DNA of 64,000 nt. Origin: Candidatus Latescibacterota bacterium. GTDB lineage: Bacteria > Latescibacterota > UBA2968 > UBA8231. Positions 59,346-64,000 of the stretch are shown piece by piece (position 1 is the stretch's first letter; each line of letters begins with the position of its first letter). The stretch is from NCBI GenBank assembly GCA_963422735.1, contig OY730476.1, positions 4,672,001-4,736,000 on the forward strand, given 5' to 3'. The notes beneath the pieces were generated by a model that searched no databases, was not told the DNA's origin, and saw nothing but the letters and a program-made list of their open reading frames with translations. The translations under genes were made by a program, and so were the position numbers.

Positions 59346-61397
59346 TTAGTAAGCTACGGCCACCGCCCCGAAGCGCACCACTCGGCCTCGGTCGGTGTTG
59401 GCCCCAATACGCGCTAGATACACGCCTGGCGCTACGAGTTGATTGACCTCGTCGCGGCCATCCCATTGCAGCGCGTGATGCCCAGCACCCTGTACCCCAC
59501 CCGATAGGCTCCGCACCCGCTGCCCGGCCAAAGTCAGTAGCTCGACGTCCACTTCGACCGCATCGAGTACGCTGAACAAGGTGTATTCAATGGCTACTTG
59601 GTCGTTGATGGCGTCGCCTTGGGGCGTGAAGACCGCGGGCGTGATCACCACTTCGGACAGCACGGATTCAAGCGAACCAGAATTGACTAATACCCGCAAC
59701 TGGTCGGTGCCTAATTCGTCGCTGGCATCGCCGCCTTCAACGCTTTGGGGCAGCGAGTCACCCTGCCGTGTAAAGACTTCGGCGCGCAACTGGTCGGAGG
59801 CACCGTACACGGTCGTCTCTAGCCGCAACCTAAGCTCGTCGCTGGTGTCCGGCCCGATCGTCTGCGGCAAATAGATCGCCAAGTCGCTCCCTTCGTCGAC
59901 GATGCTGTCCGGCTCCACGGTTGCCAGCGGCTCGCCCATCTCTAGACCCAGCACCCGGCCTGTAGAGGGCAAGCCCAACCGCACCGCGTCAAACCCCTGC
60001 TGGCCGGCGTCGGAAAACTCGGCGCGCAAGTCGAGGATGAACTCGGTCTGCGCACCCGCGGGCACTTGTGGCACTTTGCCGTCGGGGCGCAATTGGTCAA
60101 CCGCAGCAACCTCGCCCACGATCCGGTCGGCCAAAAGCGGAGAGGTCTCGATAGTAACCCAATCGAGGCGGGCGAATTCCCACAAGGCTTCGGTTTCTAG
60201 CTGGATGTGTAGCTGAATATAGCGCCCCTTGGGTACGCGGGGCCGCTGCCCCGGAACCCGGATCGGCGGCGACCAGAAGCTCCAACTGTTTATATCGTCG
60301 GCGATGACGCCCTGCCAACCCACGGCCGGCGGATCCCACGGCCACACGCGCGGCTTGAGCTTAGCGTAGACATCCTTTTCCACTTCCACGGGCTGGGCCA
60401 AGTCGTTGTACGAGTGATAGGCGATGGGGCCGTCGTCCATCCCGGTCTTGATCTCGATGTTGACTCCGGCTTTGGCGCCGGGAGATTCGACCAATTGATC
60501 TTTGTCGCGCCGCCAGATACTCAAGCCGAAGTTCACCTCGCCGATATTGATCAAATCGCCCATGTCGATCACCTGCGACAGCCAGCGCGCCCGGGGGACG
60601 AAACCGCGGCCGTACACTTCCAGCTCGGCCAACGCGTAGCGCGTGAACTTGGGTGGGGCGTCTGGAAGCACCCGCATGCGGAAGAAGCGCAGATATTGGA
60701 GCGGAAAGTCGATCGCAATAACGGCGTCGAAGTTTTGGTCCACCTTGGCCAACAATTGATCCAGCGGCAGGTAGTAGTCCGTCTCTTGCGTGCCGGCGAC
60801 ACCCGAGCGAAATTGCGGGGGCAGTTGGCTTTCGACGGCCACCTTGTCGTTGGTGGCTGTCAGCTCGTAGGCTTCGAATTTGTAGTTGGGTCGGTACGGT
60901 TCTTGGAAGAAGGGGTCGTTGCCCTCAGGCGGCACCAACTTGAAGTGGTCGGCGGGAATCTGCATGCCCATGTCGAGCGTATAGAACTCGCCCCAAATGC
61001 CCCCTAGTCCGCCGCTGCCCTGAAAGTCGCGCCCCTCGTAAAAAGTGTTGAGATTCCCGTCGATAAATTCCATCGGGTTGGAGACGTGGCCAGGCCGGGA
61101 GACGTCGCCGATTGCCCGCCAGATGCGGGGCATCCCCTCTTGGTAGTTGATGTCGATTGGCTGCCGGTAGCGCGTCCAGTGGCGTAGCTGGGTCACTACA
61201 TTGACATCGGGCTTGAGTTCCAGCGGTTGGAGTGCGCCAGGGGCCGTGGTGTTATCGGCCATTAGGTTGATCAGCGTCTGCTCTTCCCAATCGAGGCCAT
61301 CCGCGCCGCCGAGGCGGAATTGCGACACTTGCGCTCCAACCGCACAGACTTGGGCTACGGCCATGTACATTGCGGCCAAATAGAGCTTGTATTTCAT
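59346..61397 (-). CDS. Secreted protein with FlgD-Ig/CHU_C-like C-terminal domain
   Basis: AGGAGG RBS; signal peptide; FTPQGDAIND; WDGRD....VAPGVY; ends VAY. Confidence 0.8.
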   Translation of the reverse strand: MKYKLYLAAMYMAVAQVCAVGAQVSQFRLGGADGLDWEEQTLINLMADNTTAPGALQPLELKPDVNVVTQLRHWTRYRQPIDINYQEGMPRIWRAIGDVSRPGHVSNPMEFIDGNLNTFYEGRDFQGSGGLGGIWGEFYTLDMGMQIPADHFKLVPPEGNDPFFQEPYRPNYKFEAYELTATNDKVAVESQLPPQFRSGVAGTQETDYYLPLDQLLAKVDQNFDAVIAIDFPLQYLRFFRMRVLPDAPPKFTRYALAELEVYGRGFVPRARWLSQVIDMGDLINIGEVNFGLSIWRRDKDQLVESPGAKAGVNIEIKTGMDDGPIAYHSYNDLAQPVEVEKDVYAKLKPRVWPWDPPAVGWQGVIADDINSWSFWSPPIRVPGQRPRVPKGRYIQLHIQLETEALWEFARLDWVTIETSPLLADRIVGEVAAVDQLRPDGKVPQVPAGAQTEFILDLRAEFSDAGQQGFDAVRLGLPSTGRVLGLEMGEPLATVEPDSIVDEGSDLAIYLPQTIGPDTSDELRLRLETTVYGASDQLRAEVFTRQGDSLPQSVEGGDASDELGTDQLRVLVNSGSLESVLSEVVITPAVFTPQGDAINDQVAIEYTLFSVLDAVEVDVELLTLAGQRVRSLSGGVQGAGHHALQWDGRDEVNQLVAPGVYLARIGANTDRGRVVRFGAVAVAY

Positions 61398-61433
61398 GCC
61401 GGCCACCTCCTAAAACAGAAACGCTGCACGGCG

Positions 61434-61464
61434 AATATAACACAAAATAGCAGGTGCCTGTCAA
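61434..61464 (-). promoter_or_regulatory. Possible sigma70 promoter for the FlgD-tailed gene run
   Basis: Minus strand TTGACA-N18-TTATATT about 40 nt upstream of ATG 61397; spacing is suboptimal. Confidence 0.4.
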
Positions 61465-61472
61465 ATTATTAA

Positions 61473-61671
61473 CTGATGGTACGCAGCTTTTATCCTGCCT
61501 GCGCTTCACCGCGCCGCAAGGCGTGACAAGCAGGCATCCAGCGTACCTCTCGGCGGTTCGGCGGAGTGCGCGGAAATGACGATTGAAGCTGGACCCTCGC
61601 CTCCGGCATAACCGCTGGATGACAATGGGGGCGGTAGGAAGCCGCAGACGATAACGACTGCGTAACGTCAG
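61473..61671. mobile_element. MITE-like element (199 bp)
   Basis: Terminal inverted repeats CTGATGGTACGCAG / CTGCGTAACGTCAG (12/14) flanked by direct repeat TTATTAA (61466-61472, 61672-61678). Confidence 0.72.
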
Positions 61672-61679
61672 TTATTAAA

Positions 61680-63644
61680 TCACCCCCAAAATATGACGTT
61701 CCACGTCATGCCGGTGAAATGATCGATGATCAGATAGAACCCGCCGGGCGTGAAATACCCCAAGATCATCCCCATGAAAAAGGGCCGCGTCTTCAGGTAG
61801 AGCCGCACGCCCCCGTATTTGAGTACGATCACCTTGATTCCCCAAGCGATGAACATATTGAACCACAAGTGATCCATGATCCAGATCGGCCCGATCACGT
61901 AGCCCAGCGGATGCAGCGGCCACCAAACGTAGAGCCAGCGTACGACCATCAACCCGGTCATAATCGTCGCGCCAATCCCCATATTGACCCAGCCCCAGCC
62001 GTAGAAGTCGGTCGGTGTGCGGAGGGCTTTTTCTATATAATTGTAGTTGCCGCCGCTCCAGATCCACAGATTGATCGCCCCGTATTTGTGGCTGAGCAGC
62101 ATCACCATCCACACGGCCGCGCCCACGGCCACGACCAGCGCCAAGACGATAATCCAAAAGAGAGGCCGGCGATTGCGCCCCAACTCCTCCCCCAGCCGCA
62201 GACTATTGGCGCAGGAGACCATGACGAAATTGCGCCCGGTGGTCCACAGAAAGGTCGTTGCCAGCACGACTAGACCTTGGGCGCCAATGACCGACGAACC
62301 CACCGCGGACACTAAAATCCCCGCTGGTACCACCGGCGGCGAGCCGTCCGACAGCCCGCCCTCGGCCACCACCCGCGAATAGCCAAAGATGATGACGACT
62401 CCTAAGAAGAGAATGGCCAGCCCGAAGACCAGTGGCAGCCCAGCTAGCCACAGCCAGCCCACTATTATCAGACAAGAGACCGTCAGCACAATCAGGGCCG
62501 CGCGGTAAGAGAGGATCTCGTCGCTGTCGTCAATGCTATCGTCGCCTTTGAAAGCCTTGCGCCACACGCCCTTTAGATGCTTGCGCGCCGTCCAGATGCC
62601 GCCTAGAAAGAGCACGAGGATCGCGCCCATTGATTGGTAGGCCAAAAAGGGATCGCGTACCGCGTGGCCGGCCCCCCCCGTCTCGCTACTGAGTACGCCC
62701 AGAATGCCAAAAATGCCGCGCACCGCAAAAGAGAGCAGATTGAAAAACCACAGGCTGAAAGCAATATCGGTCTTGAGAAAATAGAAGAAGCCGATGATGT
62801 TGAAGCGCAGTGCGACATATAGGTCGGCCGTGCGGCGGAAAACTTGCACGTCCATGCGCACGGGATCGACGTTCTGGGCAATGGGGATGGTCTCGGGAAA
62901 GTAGTTGTACAACCCATGCAAAGTGCCCCAGAGCGCGGGGACGGCAAAACCGGCCCACATGACGGGGTTTTTAAAAAAGGGACTTAGCTTTTGGCCGTCT
63001 TCGCCCTCCTCGGTCATGGCCAGCGGCACCTGCATTAGCGGATAGATCAGCCGCTCGTGCTCGATCCACTGTTTGCGCAGGATCGCCATGAAGGAAATCA
63101 TCATCGTGAAGAGGGCGCAGATGAAGGGCGTCCACACCCCAATGACTCCGCGCCATACTTCCCAAGGAATCGGTTCGTCCCTTCTACTGCCCTCGTAGAA
63201 CTTGCGGACGGTCTCCAAGTCGTGGACCATCAGCCAGTCGGGGATATAGGGGTGGATCAGGTCCCGCCACTCGTTTTCGGCGGTGGCGTAGTAGAAAGGG
63301 TAGCTAATGGCACTGAGGAACTTGCCGACGAAGAGGGTTGGGATCGGCGAGGCCATCACCATCATGATATAGACGACTAGCAGTTCGCGCCGATTGAGCC
63401 CCAAGCGCGGGTGTACGAGCTTGAGCAGGGGGTTGATAAAAAGGCCCAGCACGAACAGGATGAATACCGCCCCAGGCATACTCGTGCCCAAGGCCATAAA
63501 GGAGCCGTGTAGATAGAGGGTACCGTAGGCGGCCCCGGCCGACACGCTGAAGGCCCCGGCGCATCCGACTAGCACGGATTTGACGGTAAAAGCCGGTCCT
63601 CCGTCTGCTTCCTTGGGCGCTGTCAGCTTGGGTTTCGTAGGCAT
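61680..63644 (-). CDS. Polytopic inner-membrane protein, DUF6785/DUF6784-like (OPT-related putative transporter)
   Basis: About 16 TM segments; ELLVVY, LRKQWIEHERLIYPL, WWPLHPLGY and KYGG..LY...RPFF.G. Confidence 0.78.
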   Translation of the reverse strand: MPTKPKLTAPKEADGGPAFTVKSVLVGCAGAFSVSAGAAYGTLYLHGSFMALGTSMPGAVFILFVLGLFINPLLKLVHPRLGLNRRELLVVYIMMVMASPIPTLFVGKFLSAISYPFYYATAENEWRDLIHPYIPDWLMVHDLETVRKFYEGSRRDEPIPWEVWRGVIGVWTPFICALFTMMISFMAILRKQWIEHERLIYPLMQVPLAMTEEGEDGQKLSPFFKNPVMWAGFAVPALWGTLHGLYNYFPETIPIAQNVDPVRMDVQVFRRTADLYVALRFNIIGFFYFLKTDIAFSLWFFNLLSFAVRGIFGILGVLSSETGGAGHAVRDPFLAYQSMGAILVLFLGGIWTARKHLKGVWRKAFKGDDSIDDSDEILSYRAALIVLTVSCLIIVGWLWLAGLPLVFGLAILFLGVVIIFGYSRVVAEGGLSDGSPPVVPAGILVSAVGSSVIGAQGLVVLATTFLWTTGRNFVMVSCANSLRLGEELGRNRRPLFWIIVLALVVAVGAAVWMVMLLSHKYGAINLWIWSGGNYNYIEKALRTPTDFYGWGWVNMGIGATIMTGLMVVRWLYVWWPLHPLGYVIGPIWIMDHLWFNMFIAWGIKVIVLKYGGVRLYLKTRPFFMGMILGYFTPGGFYLIIDHFTGMTWNVIFWG

Positions 63645-63656
63645 AGTGCGAGAAAA

Positions 63657-64000
63657 TCAGCCATAAAACTTGGCAACCAACTCGGCCGGCTTGCCATCTA
63701 CCGTCGCCGGATCCAGCGCCTGTGCGCCGAAGACCACGGGAAAGGTTTGGCCGGTGTCCCGGGTGCGGGTCTCGGCATCCATATAGGTTGCGCTGAAAGC
63801 GCGGCGAGCCGACGCGGTGGAGTTGGTCCCCGAGCGATGCAGCAGAAAATTGTGCAGCAGAATGGCCTCCCCGGCCTTGGCTTCCAGGTCGATCACCGCC
63901 TCTGAGGGCGTGTATTGGGCCTCTTGCTCGGCGGGGAGAAAGTGCCGCTCGTTGATGATGCCGTGCTTGTTGCTGCCCGGCGCGATTTGCATGCAGCCGG
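63657..64000 (-). CDS. Phytanoyl-CoA dioxygenase (PhyH) family protein, 5' end outside the window
   Basis: GCMQIAPGS and AGEAILLH..LLHRSGTNS...RRA. Confidence 0.82.
   Translation of the reverse strand, partial: GCMQIAPGSNKHGIINERHFLPAEQEAQYTPSEAVIDLEAKAGEAILLHNFLLHRSGTNSTASARRAFSATYMDAETRTRDTGQTFPVVFGAQALDPATVDGKPAELVAKFYG

Overview
GC-rich bacterial window. Its gene style (FlgD/CHU_C-tailed secreted proteins, a TAVEATSWGRVK C-terminal tail, a DUF6785-like transporter, many TA remnants) suggests a Latescibacterota/Gemmatimonadota-like FCB organism; this is inference only. The left part holds aroK-aroB, a TonB-dependent receptor, rimO, a BatA/vWA protein, ptsN-like IIA with sixA, and a surface-polysaccharide locus. 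The middle is an accessory region with decayed toxin-antitoxin and defence remnants, sugar-acid catabolic genes, a pentaheme cytochrome c-TPR protein and two FG-GAP/ASPIC-UnbV genes. The right part is a ~25 kb minus-strand run with an uncharacterised envelope cluster. Best finding: the second FG-GAP/ASPIC gene (36173-38911) is broken only by one in-frame TGA (38204-38206), followed by a SECIS-like hairpin TGGCGCAC-GGTC-GTGCGCCA, so it is probably a ~912-aa selenoprotein. Two MITE-like elements with terminal inverted repeats and target-site duplications are also visible. I saw no rRNA, tRNA or CRISPR array. All family assignments come from motif recognition, not database searches.
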